This document shows positions 28,305-37,174 of a stretch of DNA of 64,000 nt, one piece after another. Below the pieces are notes generated by a model. The model saw nothing but the letters and a program-made list of their open reading frames with translations. It ran no database searches and was not told where the DNA came from. This DNA comes from a virus: positions 32,001 to 96,000 of IMG/VR virus record IMGVR_UViG_3300044956_000431, one strand, 5' to 3'. Every line of letters starts with the position of its first letter. The first letter of the stretch is position 1. A program made the position numbers and the translations under genes.

Positions 28305-28856
28305 ATTCATGTGCAAGGCTACTAGCTGTGCGTAGCCTACAGCATGGCTTTTCTTGAAAAAATAACTGTCGTCCTGCGGGCGAGTCCAGATATCTTTGGC
28401 TATTGCAGACCACCCGCCCTGTGCTAGATGGCGTTTGGCCGGGCGGATCACTGCCAACAACATGGCCATTCTGGGTATGTTATCAGGCTGTAGTTGATGT
28501 ACTAGATCATAGTGGTTACCAATGTGCGCAATCTTTTCACAGAAATCACGCTCCTGCAAACGACACCACGGCGGTTCTTGTGCCAACATTGAATCATAGT
28601 GTGCTTGATCACGCACAAGCTGATATACTGTCATGTTCAACAGGTCTATCTTAAAATAGCCACGCTGTTTGGCTTCTTGGTAGTCTATGGCCGCACACTG
28701 ATTAACAGGATCTCTAGGTATGTCTGTGATATAAACACCAGAGTTATGCCGGCGCACACAACCGTCTACAATCTGTCGAGCAGACACATGCTGTATCAAC
28801 TTCAGCACTTGCTCTCTATCTGCTAGATCAATGTCTACATCTGCACTCATTACCAA
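28275..28856 (-). CDS. miniature DnaE (Pol III alpha)-like protein
   Basis: ADVDID, RHNSGV, GYFKIDLL, AVIRPA, FKKSHAVGY in DnaE order. Confidence 0.8.
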   Translation of the reverse strand: MVMSADVDIDLADREQVLKLIQHVSARQIVDGCVRRHNSGVYITDIPRDPVNQCAAIDYQEAKQRGYFKIDLLNMTVYQLVRDQAHYDSMLAQEPPWCRLQERDFCEKIAHIGNHYDLVHQLQPDNIPRMAMLLAVIRPAKRHLAQGGWSAIAKDIWTRPQDDSYFFKKSHAVGYAQLVALHMNLVHSADQGD

Positions 28857-29533
28857 CCTGCCCGGGCCAATATGTCTTTGACGTATTCTTGATCTGCTAG
28901 ATAGTCTCGAAACTTTTTCTGCCAGAACTCAGGATCAATCCAGGGCCAGATTATGGCCAGTTGTTCCCGGTCTAGATCGTCAAGGAACTGCTGACCAGAC
29001 GCACAGTTATACAACACCCAAGCACTGACACGCCCTGTGCTCACAGCATAGACCACTGCATTGGCATTGCCGTACCGTAAGAAATCGCTGGCTGGATGCT
29101 GGTGTGTTTCACTCCAGACAATCGAATGTTCAATGGCCCGTGCAAGTGCATCTGTAACACTTTCCTTGCGCATGTACTCATTGAGGTATTCTGTGTATAC
29201 ACTGTCTCTGCACCAATGATCAATCTTTTTGTTTTTTTCAACTACCCAATCAATAAACCGGGATGTGTTCACTGCATTGATAGCTACACAATACCTTCCA
29301 AACTTTACAAAGGCACGATAGTAAGGACTGGTCACAAAATCATCAAAAGTTTTGAGCTTGGCTGATCCTTGAGTCATTTCGTAAAATCGGAGATATGCCT
29401 GTAGACCCAACCTCACTCCTGGATCATCTTTGCTTTGGTAACGTTGTTTTTGCTCGCAGACATGTACAGAAAGACTGGTCTCTCTTTGAAAGTCTTTTTT
29501 GCAATATTGGCATGTATACTTTACTGCTTGCAC
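28850..29533 (-). CDS. protein with N-terminal zinc finger
   Basis: CQYCKKDF...SVHVC. Confidence 0.7.
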   Translation of the reverse strand: MQAVKYTCQYCKKDFQRETSLSVHVCEQKQRYQSKDDPGVRLGLQAYLRFYEMTQGSAKLKTFDDFVTSPYYRAFVKFGRYCVAINAVNTSRFIDWVVEKNKKIDHWCRDSVYTEYLNEYMRKESVTDALARAIEHSIVWSETHQHPASDFLRYGNANAVVYAVSTGRVSAWVLYNCASGQQFLDDLDREQLAIIWPWIDPEFWQKKFRDYLADQEYVKDILARAGW

Positions 29534-29546
29534 GATTTATTGTAGC

Positions 29547-30707
29547 TTACTTGAACCAGTTTTGTACAGAGCCTTGCCGAGAAATATCATTGGTCACGCA
29601 ATGAATACCACAGTCCCAAAAATACTTGTGACGGAATGGCACTACATGAACTTCGATTCCATGTCGAGCACAGGCTTTCTCCACTTGATCGTTGTGGGTT
29701 GACACAACAATATTTTTTGGATCCATTATCAGTATGTTGACATCAAACACTGTTTCCGACACCTGGCCTACCCACTCATCAAAATAATGATCTACCATGT
29801 GTATGAGATTGTTGTCTTGTTCAAATCCAGGTATAAACCAACGACCTTTGTTGCGTTTCATTGAAAACTCAAACTCTCGCATGTGAGCATAGTTTGACGG
29901 TGGCAAATATACCACCTCCCAATCTGGGAATGTGTCAGTATAAGTGGGTATATCATTAAGGCTAATGATAAGTCCTGGAGCAACAGGGCAGTACACAGCA
30001 TCACCATGGCCGCCAGAGTTCACTACTTTGTTCACTGTGCGAGGGAACAGTTGATTAACTTGTTTCAGTATAGCCTGTTTATCATCGTGATATGTTTGTG
30101 TGGCAAAAAACAAGTTCTCACCAATGCGACTAACAAAGCAACCGTTGACAAAGTCTAGGTCGGTATATACAATCTCGTTACCTTGAGCACGTATTTCATC
30201 AAACACGTGATTGTAAAAACTCAACTTGCTGTCCAAATGACGTTGATCTGTTTCGCAAAACTTTGCAAACTTTTCACGAATCTCTTGAGCATGGTTAGGC
30301 CAGGCTTGGTAAAAATCATCTGGGCGTTCATAGTCTGGACAATGTACAGGTTTGTTTTGTCTGTAAAAAACTGACCAAGCATGACTGGCATTGGGTACAC
30401 GTGGTACCCAAAAACGATCTTCAATCATCAAGAAGTAGTCGCGTGGTGCAGTAGGAGGCTGGACCCACTTGCCATCAATATATAACTCATTTAGATCGCT
30501 AGGAAACTCAGGACGATGTATGCGTACACTAAAGTGTTGGGTCAATAGCTTGATCAGTTCTTGATAATCTTCCTCTGTTTCTTCTGCCAGCCGTTCAAAT
30601 CGACTGCGTGTCTCTGCGTCATTGATCCAGCTGTAGAACTCAGGAGGATAGGTAAGTCCCACTAAGCAAACCTTTAACGGATCCCAATGTTGGTATACTG
30701 AGTACAT
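29547..30707 (-). CDS. amidinotransferase family protein
   Basis: WDPLK, PRD, GHGD..PGLII, FDVNIL, GIHCVT.DI.R. Confidence 0.85.
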   Translation of the reverse strand: MYSVYQHWDPLKVCLVGLTYPPEFYSWINDAETRSRFERLAEETEEDYQELIKLLTQHFSVRIHRPEFPSDLNELYIDGKWVQPPTAPRDYFLMIEDRFWVPRVPNASHAWSVFYRQNKPVHCPDYERPDDFYQAWPNHAQEIREKFAKFCETDQRHLDSKLSFYNHVFDEIRAQGNEIVYTDLDFVNGCFVSRIGENLFFATQTYHDDKQAILKQVNQLFPRTVNKVVNSGGHGDAVYCPVAPGLIISLNDIPTYTDTFPDWEVVYLPPSNYAHMREFEFSMKRNKGRWFIPGFEQDNNLIHMVDHYFDEWVGQVSETVFDVNILIMDPKNIVVSTHNDQVEKACARHGIEVHVVPFRHKYFWDCGIHCVTNDISRQGSVQNWFK

Positions 30708-31153
30708 TATTCTTTGTGTCCTTGATTTTTCAATATTTCTTTAAGTTCAGTCTTGGTCATCATGGCTGCCATGGTGTCAATGTCACTCATCTTCATGGCT
30801 GGATATAAGTCTACAAGAGATTTCTTTATTTCATTGTTTGCTGTTTCTTTTTTCTTGGGAGCAATCCATTGATGCCTATGTGTGCCTATGCCAGGACTCA
30901 CACTTGTGGCCATGAGCCACTGTAGCTTTGGATGTCGGTTTACTGCAAAGAAATGTTTGTTGAGTCGTTCGTTTGTGGCAATAACATAGAACTCTTGTAG
31001 TTCTTTCGATCCTTGCACACTGGATCCCCAACGTATCATAAGATAGTTAGAGAACTTCTTGCGTTCTTCCTCGGTGAGACTATCGTAGAACTCTCGATCT
31101 TTACGATCAAAGCACGTCATCTCGTTTTGTATTGAGAGTTTTTCCATTACCAA
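30707..31153 (-). CDS. possible clamp-loader small subunit (gp62-like)
   Basis: KKFSNYLMIRW...HQWIAPKKK pattern, size and context. Confidence 0.45.
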   Translation of the reverse strand: MVMEKLSIQNEMTCFDRKDREFYDSLTEEERKKFSNYLMIRWGSSVQGSKELQEFYVIATNERLNKHFFAVNRHPKLQWLMATSVSPGIGTHRHQWIAPKKKETANNEIKKSLVDLYPAMKMSDIDTMAAMMTKTELKEILKNQGHKE

Positions 31154-31656
31154 GCCTTGTTGTAATCTACTATCTCACAGTTACGACTGATGTCTTTGAC
31201 AAAATAAACACAATCGGGTTCTGGATCATTGTTCAGCGGTATGCACAGCATCTGTCCATTTTTTAGCTTAGGTGCAAACCACGCAACATCATGATACACG
31301 TCTACAATCTCAATGTCAAGAAAGCTGGGTCTAAAGCTGGTCAGAGGATTGAACTGAAATGCTTTGAACCCACGGTCATTGATTGATGTCAGTGGTAGCA
31401 TTTCTAAATCGCCAAGGTCGGGCTCTCCAATCAGGATTTGCCAGTCAATGGGCATCTTTAAACGATGCTCGCCAATCTGTAAAACCAACGCAGGTGAGTT
31501 AAAACTCTCTAAAAAGATTAATGGTATGTAGTGGTAGTCTGGGTCAGATGGGTCTGAGTTATCTAAAATAGCAAACCGCATGTCATCTACTTCTTCGGGT
31601 AGCGTATCTAGATCATAGGCTTTGTTGTCTAGTGTCAATATTTTCATGTTATCCAT
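31147..31656 (-). CDS. conserved hypothetical protein
   Basis: PLIFLESF, beta-rich. Confidence 0.75.
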   Translation of the reverse strand: MDNMKILTLDNKAYDLDTLPEEVDDMRFAILDNSDPSDPDYHYIPLIFLESFNSPALVLQIGEHRLKMPIDWQILIGEPDLGDLEMLPLTSINDRGFKAFQFNPLTSFRPSFLDIEIVDVYHDVAWFAPKLKNGQMLCIPLNNDPEPDCVYFVKDISRNCEIVDYNKAW

Positions 31657-32285
31657 TATACAATATTATTACGTATTCCGCGACCAAGGATCACTCCGTA
31701 ATCGCCGGATTTTATAATTTGATAACCATTGATTATCAAATACGGTACCACAGCACCGCCCTTGCCTGTATAAACTGCATTGTGCTCATAGGTGTCGTCC
31801 ACACAGATAATACTCTTTGTTGCCATGCTAGGTAACAGGCCCATTATCTGACTGAGATGATTAACTTGGCAGTTGATATTGGTCATATCTATACCCATTT
31901 TGCAATACCAGGCCTGCTGTTGTCTCATATTATCGCTGGGCTTGTGTGATTCCCAATCCCAATCAAAGTTATCCAGATACAACACTTTGATAAGTTGGTG
32001 GCGTTGGTCAAACCGCTGACACCATTCAGTGGCATTGGCGCAGGTAAACTCTACTCTTTGCAAGTGGTCTGTATTTACAGTCTTGATCACACGATGGTAA
32101 GCTTCTGGATCTATGTCCACGGTGATCAATCTAGAGTTGTGTGTATTGGCCAGGTCAGCAAAATATGCTGTGCTACCTTCCCAACGGTCACTGCCTAGTT
32201 CTACAATGACTTCATTACAATCAAACTCACCTAGTAAATATTGCCCAACTTCTCGAAACAGTGTGCCCATTATGTGGTCATCCAC
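31656..32285 (-). CDS. class I SAM-dependent methyltransferase-like protein
   Basis: IVELGS, TVDID, LYLDN, ICVDDT, GKG. Confidence 0.7.
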   Translation of the reverse strand: MDDHIMGTLFREVGQYLLGEFDCNEVIVELGSDRWEGSTAYFADLANTHNSRLITVDIDPEAYHRVIKTVNTDHLQRVEFTCANATEWCQRFDQRHQLIKVLYLDNFDWDWESHKPSDNMRQQQAWYCKMGIDMTNINCQVNHLSQIMGLLPSMATKSIICVDDTYEHNAVYTGKGGAVVPYLIINGYQIIKSGDYGVILGRGIRNNIV

Positions 32286-33736
32286 TCAAGTTTTTCGTGC
32301 GTGAAAGGATAACGAGCTTCTTTGTAATAGGCTTTACGTTTGGTTAAATGTCTTTTCGCAAACTTGCAGGTGGATGTAATGTCCCAGATTTGTACATGGT
32401 CTTTATCCTTTGCTTTTCTAATACCGCGCCCAATGCTCTGTATAACTCGTACAAAGCTCTTTCCGGGTTCCACAAGCACCAGATTGAAAATCCTAGGAAT
32501 GTTAATACCAACAGCGGCCACACCGTAAGTAGCAACAATAATTTTATCAATAGCTTGAGCCACTTCATCGTATTCATCTTGTCTATCCTTTGCCTTGGTT
32601 GCACCTGATACAAATACAGCACGTTCGCCCAGCCGTTTGACCAACTCTTGTCCAGCCGTAATACGGTCAACTAGCACAAGAGTGTTTCCTGTTTCATTAA
32701 CTTGACGTATAAGGTCTGCCATGGTATCAAGTCTACCAGATTCTTCTAACAGATACTTTAGTTCACTTTGATAGTTGGTATATTCAACATGATCAACCAG
32801 CTGTACAATGTTTACATGGCACTGAGCCAACACACCCTTATCTTGTAGTTCTGCGGCTGCCAATCTGCTGACAACAGGCCCAAGACTCACATGAATAGCC
32901 TGAAACTCAAAGTCCTCTTTGGGTACTGTTCCTGTGAGGCCCCAGCGAATTGGCACTCGCGACATTACGCCAGTGAGTAGAGTTTTCAGTGCGTCGGCTT
33001 TGGCCATGTGTACTTCGTCTACCATAACGCATACAACATCTTCCAAGAACTCACCAATGGTACAATCTGTAGTTCCTGACTTGGTATTCTTTAACAGTAC
33101 GTTAAGACTTTGCCAAGTACAGATGGTATGTGTTTTACTCCATTCTTTTCTGTCGCCAAAGTACACCCCAACGTCTAGCCTTAGATTGCGATAGTCTTTT
33201 TCTGTTTGTGTAACAAGACTTTTATTGGGCACAATCACCAGGCTACGGCCATAGGGTTCCACAGCATGACTTAGTGTAGCTGTCATTAGAGTCTTGCCAG
33301 CGCCCGTGGCAATCTCTTGAATACACTGTGGGTTACTTAGAAAGTTGTTGACTATTTCAACTTGATAGTCTCGCAACATAATGGGTTCACCGGTCTGTGG
33401 ATGCCCTGTGGGCCAGGTCTTGTTGGCAAAAGTATTTTCTGTGATTGTTGGAAACTCAAAGGTAATAGAATACTCTCTCTGATCATCTAGTTCAATGTCA
33501 TAGTTGTATTCTTCTAATATGGGTATAATTTCAGGTAATAGGTTTACATAACTACTGCCGCCCAGTTGGAAAAAGGATACCTTACCGTCCCATCGTCCCA
33601 ATCTCACTGCTGGTAGATACCTTGCATAAGGAACATCATATTTGAACCGCTTGACCAGAGTTCGTCGAACGTCTAGCTCTAGTCCTTCTATTTTGACGTT
33701 TACTTCGTCTTGTATGATTAGTCGTGCAGTTCTCAT
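32270..33736 (-). CDS. uvsW: UvsW-like SF2 helicase
   Basis: WDGK, LRDYQ, ATGAGKT, DEVH, LTGT, QSIGRGIR. Confidence 0.92.
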   Translation of the reverse strand: MRTARLIIQDEVNVKIEGLELDVRRTLVKRFKYDVPYARYLPAVRLGRWDGKVSFFQLGGSSYVNLLPEIIPILEEYNYDIELDDQREYSITFEFPTITENTFANKTWPTGHPQTGEPIMLRDYQVEIVNNFLSNPQCIQEIATGAGKTLMTATLSHAVEPYGRSLVIVPNKSLVTQTEKDYRNLRLDVGVYFGDRKEWSKTHTICTWQSLNVLLKNTKSGTTDCTIGEFLEDVVCVMVDEVHMAKADALKTLLTGVMSRVPIRWGLTGTVPKEDFEFQAIHVSLGPVVSRLAAAELQDKGVLAQCHVNIVQLVDHVEYTNYQSELKYLLEESGRLDTMADLIRQVNETGNTLVLVDRITAGQELVKRLGERAVFVSGATKAKDRQDEYDEVAQAIDKIIVATYGVAAVGINIPRIFNLVLVEPGKSFVRVIQSIGRGIRKAKDKDHVQIWDITSTCKFAKRHLTKRKAYYKEARYPFTHEKLEWMTT

Positions 33737-34554
33737 TAAATGATTGCCAAAGAAAAATAGTTATCTTGTATTGTAACATTTTTTGTAACTATATTCCTAG
33801 CCGAAGGAAGTTGTTTTTGCCACCCTACTAGATTTGCGATTGGTTGAGTATATCCGTGTGGTACTAAGTTTTGTTTCTTGCACCAGTCAAGAAACTCTGT
33901 TGGAGGGTCGACTCGGTATGGTTTTACCAGATTCATACCTAAAAATGCATCTATGTTGTCCCAGTTATTTGAGTCTCTAGAAGCATCTGCACTGTCGTCC
34001 ATCCACTGAAACTGTTCATAGGCATTACGACCGTGCCCAGGATATTCAAGATATAGATGACAAACTTGCCACTGTTGTATTTGATTTTGAAAAGGATTCG
34101 GCACTCGCCAGTGAGTGTTGTCTCTAAATCGATATTGAAAAGATTGTTCTATTAGATGTATATGGCAGTTCATCTCTTGATAGGCCTCATAATATTTCTT
34201 ATCAAGTTTATACAATAGCTCAGTAAAACGTGGTTGGTTGTATCTAGTTTCTGCCCAATCCTTGTGAAGTTTGTTTAGCTGTGCTTGATCAAACCAGTCT
34301 GTAGGCAAATCAAATCTTGGAAGTTTAAGTTTACCCAGTACCTCATTTACTGTGCTAATGTATGCAATCTCTTGCTCAATCAGTATCAACGTGTCGCTAG
34401 GCTTTGTTATTTCGTCGATTACTTGATCGCCCAGGATGTATCTATTCTGCCCAATCGAGTTACTTTGCTCAACAAACCAAGCAGTTAGATCTTTGCTGAC
34501 AACATCAAAAAACAGTTCGTCTTGAGTTGCATTCCAAGTTAGTTTTAATCTCAT
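33736..34554 (-). CDS. hypothetical protein (paralog of 47444..48346)
   Basis: LNKLHKDW, MNCHIH.IE, FLDWC...PIANL. Confidence 0.75.
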   Translation of the reverse strand: MRLKLTWNATQDELFFDVVSKDLTAWFVEQSNSIGQNRYILGDQVIDEITKPSDTLILIEQEIAYISTVNEVLGKLKLPRFDLPTDWFDQAQLNKLHKDWAETRYNQPRFTELLYKLDKKYYEAYQEMNCHIHLIEQSFQYRFRDNTHWRVPNPFQNQIQQWQVCHLYLEYPGHGRNAYEQFQWMDDSADASRDSNNWDNIDAFLGMNLVKPYRVDPPTEFLDWCKKQNLVPHGYTQPIANLVGWQKQLPSARNIVTKNVTIQDNYFSLAII

Positions 34555-34565
34555 AATGATCTTTT

Positions 34566-34594
34566 ACTATAAAGGAATGTATTTAAGAAGTCAA
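34566..34594 (-). promoter_or_regulatory. sigma70-like promoter with TAAATA in the spacer
   Basis: TTGACT-N17-TATAGT. Confidence 0.55.
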
Positions 34595-34624
34595 AAAAAC
34601 AGGCACCGTTTTATGGGTGCCTGT
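34593..34624 (-). terminator. intrinsic terminator after the AAA gene
   Basis: ACAGGCACC/GGTGCCTGT stem followed by T run on minus strand. Confidence 0.85.
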
Positions 34625-34678
34625 GTAAAAGTTGGAATGTCTAGGAGCTAGACTATTGATGACACTCCAACAATACTG

Positions 34679-35701
34679 TTAGTGTTTCATAACAGTATTT
34701 TCTGCCAGTGCTCGCCAGTTGGCGCTCACTTTAGTTAGATCCGCAATCTTCAGCGCCATACGCAGGCTCATTTCGCGGAGTTGATCTTTGTTCTCGTCCA
34801 TGAACTGCAGGATCTCATCACCTTGCTCGGGTGTGAAGTCATAGTCGTTAAACAGTTGACCCTGACGGAAGATTTGCTTGATACGCAGGAACTTGTCACG
34901 CATGGTGTCCAAGGTCAGATCCAAGAAGTGACAACGACTTTGCAGAGCTTCAAGGTGATCTTGCAGTTTCTTGCTCTTGAGGTGATCAAACTTCAAATTG
35001 GTAATAAAGATTGCAGAACCTTTGAAGTCAAAAGTGTCAGGCACGCCTTCACGACGCAACATGGCACTGTCTGAGTTCCAGCAGATACGACGCTTCTTGC
35101 CAGAGTCCAGGGCGGCTTTGAGGATGTTCAGTGCCACATCGTCCTGGAAAACAGAGTCACAGTCGTCAAACACTAGAACGTTGTTAGGATCACTGTGACG
35201 ATACAGAGTGCAGTACAGTCCAATGGGAGTCATTGCACCTTTAATCACTGCGTACTTGATCTTGCGACCGCTGAGCTGATCAAACAGGCCGGACTTTTGC
35301 AGCTGATACTCAACCCCGTAGGATTTACCCACACCAGGAGGGCCAACTACAATCATAGCACGGATGTCGCCAGCAATAGCGGCCTTGGTCATGTCGTCAA
35401 GAATATTGAAACGCTGTTCAATACGAGCCATGACTTCTTCGTCTGTTTCAACCTGGACGGGTTGTTTGAACTCAACTACTTTGTCTGCTTTGCCCATGGG
35501 CTCTCCGTCTACAAACTCGATGTTATTGATGCTATCAACACGAACACGGATTTCGTCGGGGAAACCCGGAAAATAGTCACCATTGGCCACGGTTACATAG
35601 TTACCCTTGGCACTGGTTGTGAAGTCTTTCACCAACGCAAAGGTAGCGTTGACGATGGGTTTGTTGCGGTAAACACCGTCAATGATACGAACTGTGCTCA
35701 T
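34679..35701 (-). CDS. AAA+ P-loop ATPase, early
   Basis: GPPGVGKS, LVFDDCD, FITN, ALQSR. Confidence 0.85.
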   Translation of the reverse strand: MSTVRIIDGVYRNKPIVNATFALVKDFTTSAKGNYVTVANGDYFPGFPDEIRVRVDSINNIEFVDGEPMGKADKVVEFKQPVQVETDEEVMARIEQRFNILDDMTKAAIAGDIRAMIVVGPPGVGKSYGVEYQLQKSGLFDQLSGRKIKYAVIKGAMTPIGLYCTLYRHSDPNNVLVFDDCDSVFQDDVALNILKAALDSGKKRRICWNSDSAMLRREGVPDTFDFKGSAIFITNLKFDHLKSKKLQDHLEALQSRCHFLDLTLDTMRDKFLRIKQIFRQGQLFNDYDFTPEQGDEILQFMDENKDQLREMSLRMALKIADLTKVSANWRALAENTVMKH

Positions 35702-35733
35702 TTAGTCTGCTCCTAAAATGATTGTGAACTTGT

Positions 35734-35917
35734 ATTGTATGCTAGTGCTCTTTTTGTGTCAACGGCGCTGGGCACACAACCTTTTACTTACTATACCATT
35801 ATTGTAGCAAAATGGGCATTTCTGGTCAACCTTTTGTTTTTGCTGGATTTTGTGGCTTTTTTTTGCAATATTTTTACTGTGCGCTTATATTGTAGCATTA
35901 AGCGCATTTTTGGTCAA
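35734..35917 (-). promoter_or_regulatory. three tandem sigma70-like promoters
   Basis: TTGACA-17-TACAAT (35734-35762); TTGACC-17-TACAAT (35801-35829 and 35889-35917). Confidence 0.8.
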
Positions 35918-35920
35918 CCA

Positions 35921-35950
35921 TAAAAAAAGGGCTGTAAACAGCCCTATTTT
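35921..35950 (-). terminator. intrinsic terminator
   Basis: AGGGCTG(T)/(A)CAGCCCT stem with T run on minus strand. Confidence 0.85.
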
Positions 35951-35966
35951 GTTGCTGGTCTGTGGA

Positions 35967-36362
35967 TTACAATATTGTGCCCACCGGATGATTTACCATA
36001 GTAAATGTAATAGTTTCGCCAGCGCTGACTTCAAAATACCATCCTGCCCAATCTTTTGCTGGCACAAATCCAACATGCGAATCAGGTTGTTCAGGGAGTT
36101 GTCCGTTGATTAATATATTTTTACGCATGTCACACTGAGCATCTCCCAAAGCGGCACCCACGGTAACAATGCCTGAAGTCACTGCAATACTGACGGATGC
36201 AGTATCATTGTCTGCGGCCGCCCAATCAAAAGTCAACAGGTCAATTTCAGAATCCAATGGCAAACCTTGGCCTACAGGTCCGCTGTGTACTAATGTGCCG
36301 TTGCTTAATGCCGTGATAGCTGCCGGTGTAGAGAATATTCTTCCTAATATAGTTACTTGCAT
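35967..36362 (-). CDS. hypothetical late protein
   Basis: Likely start MQVTIL; TATAAATA at 36393-36400. Confidence 0.65.
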   Translation of the reverse strand: MQVTILGRIFSTPAAITALSNGTLVHSGPVGQGLPLDSEIDLLTFDWAAADNDTASVSIAVTSGIVTVGAALGDAQCDMRKNILINGQLPEQPDSHVGFVPAKDWAGWYFEVSAGETITFTMVNHPVGTIL

Positions 36363-36406
36363 AGTGAATCCTTTCAATAAAATTCATAGTAATATTTATA
36401 CCAAAC

Positions 36407-37174
36407 TTATTTCCAATGCTGTAAAATAGTGGTATCATTGACTTGATGCGGCTTTGGATGCCCGTGAAATATCATTACACTAGTATCCGGCAACAATGTT
36501 GTGCCTGTGCCAGGAGTTCGATGCTTGCGGTGTTGAAAATCATATCCACCATCTAGCAGTTCCCAGCGCCAGCTTTTTACACGAGTTTGATCAAAATAGC
36601 TTACCTGATCAATGGCTATTTTTTCCTGTATATAATCCTGATCGCCGTGCCAGGAAGATCTACGGTGTGCAATATCCCCGGGCTCAAATTCTCTATAGAT
36701 ATGATTGAAACGTGCTGGGTCAAACCACATCATAGACGAGTTAATAGTAGCTCGTGTTGGGCGAAAAAGATATTTGAAATCTTGCACTGCCCAGAGTTTG
36801 TCTGTTGAAAGCTGCCATATCCAGTCTATGTTGCCTGTAATCACTGTGTCAAGATCAAAATACAACAACGGTCCAGAATGGTATCTGTTATCAAATAGCT
36901 GTAATTTATACCACCAACTGCGCTTGGGCCCACGTATACCCGACCATTCTTGCAAAGGATGATGTATCATATGCCCAGGAACCACTCTATTTTTTTCTGT
37001 GTACACATGCATGCGTACAACGGGAGTGAGATTGCGGCATAGGCTGTTGTATAGCCGTTCTACGTAGACCCATTGATACAGCACATCATGAATAAGACAT
37101 GCGCAATCAATGATTGTAGGCATAGTTGGTTGCAGTCCCAACTTCCTGGCTCTTTTTTCTTCTTTGGTTTCCAT
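36407..37174 (-). CDS. GT-A glycosyltransferase (GT8-like)
   Basis: WWYKL, YFDLD, NSSMM, GDQDYI, FHGHPKP. Confidence 0.8.
   Translation of the reverse strand: METKEEKRARKLGLQPTMPTIIDCACLIHDVLYQWVYVERLYNSLCRNLTPVVRMHVYTEKNRVVPGHMIHHPLQEWSGIRGPKRSWWYKLQLFDNRYHSGPLLYFDLDTVITGNIDWIWQLSTDKLWAVQDFKYLFRPTRATINSSMMWFDPARFNHIYREFEPGDIAHRRSSWHGDQDYIQEKIAIDQVSYFDQTRVKSWRWELLDGGYDFQHRKHRTPGTGTTLLPDTSVMIFHGHPKPHQVNDTTILQHWK

Noticed and set aside
35702-35966. tRNA or ncRNA in the largest intergenic gap
   Set aside because: No cloverleaf recognised; explained by three promoters and a terminator
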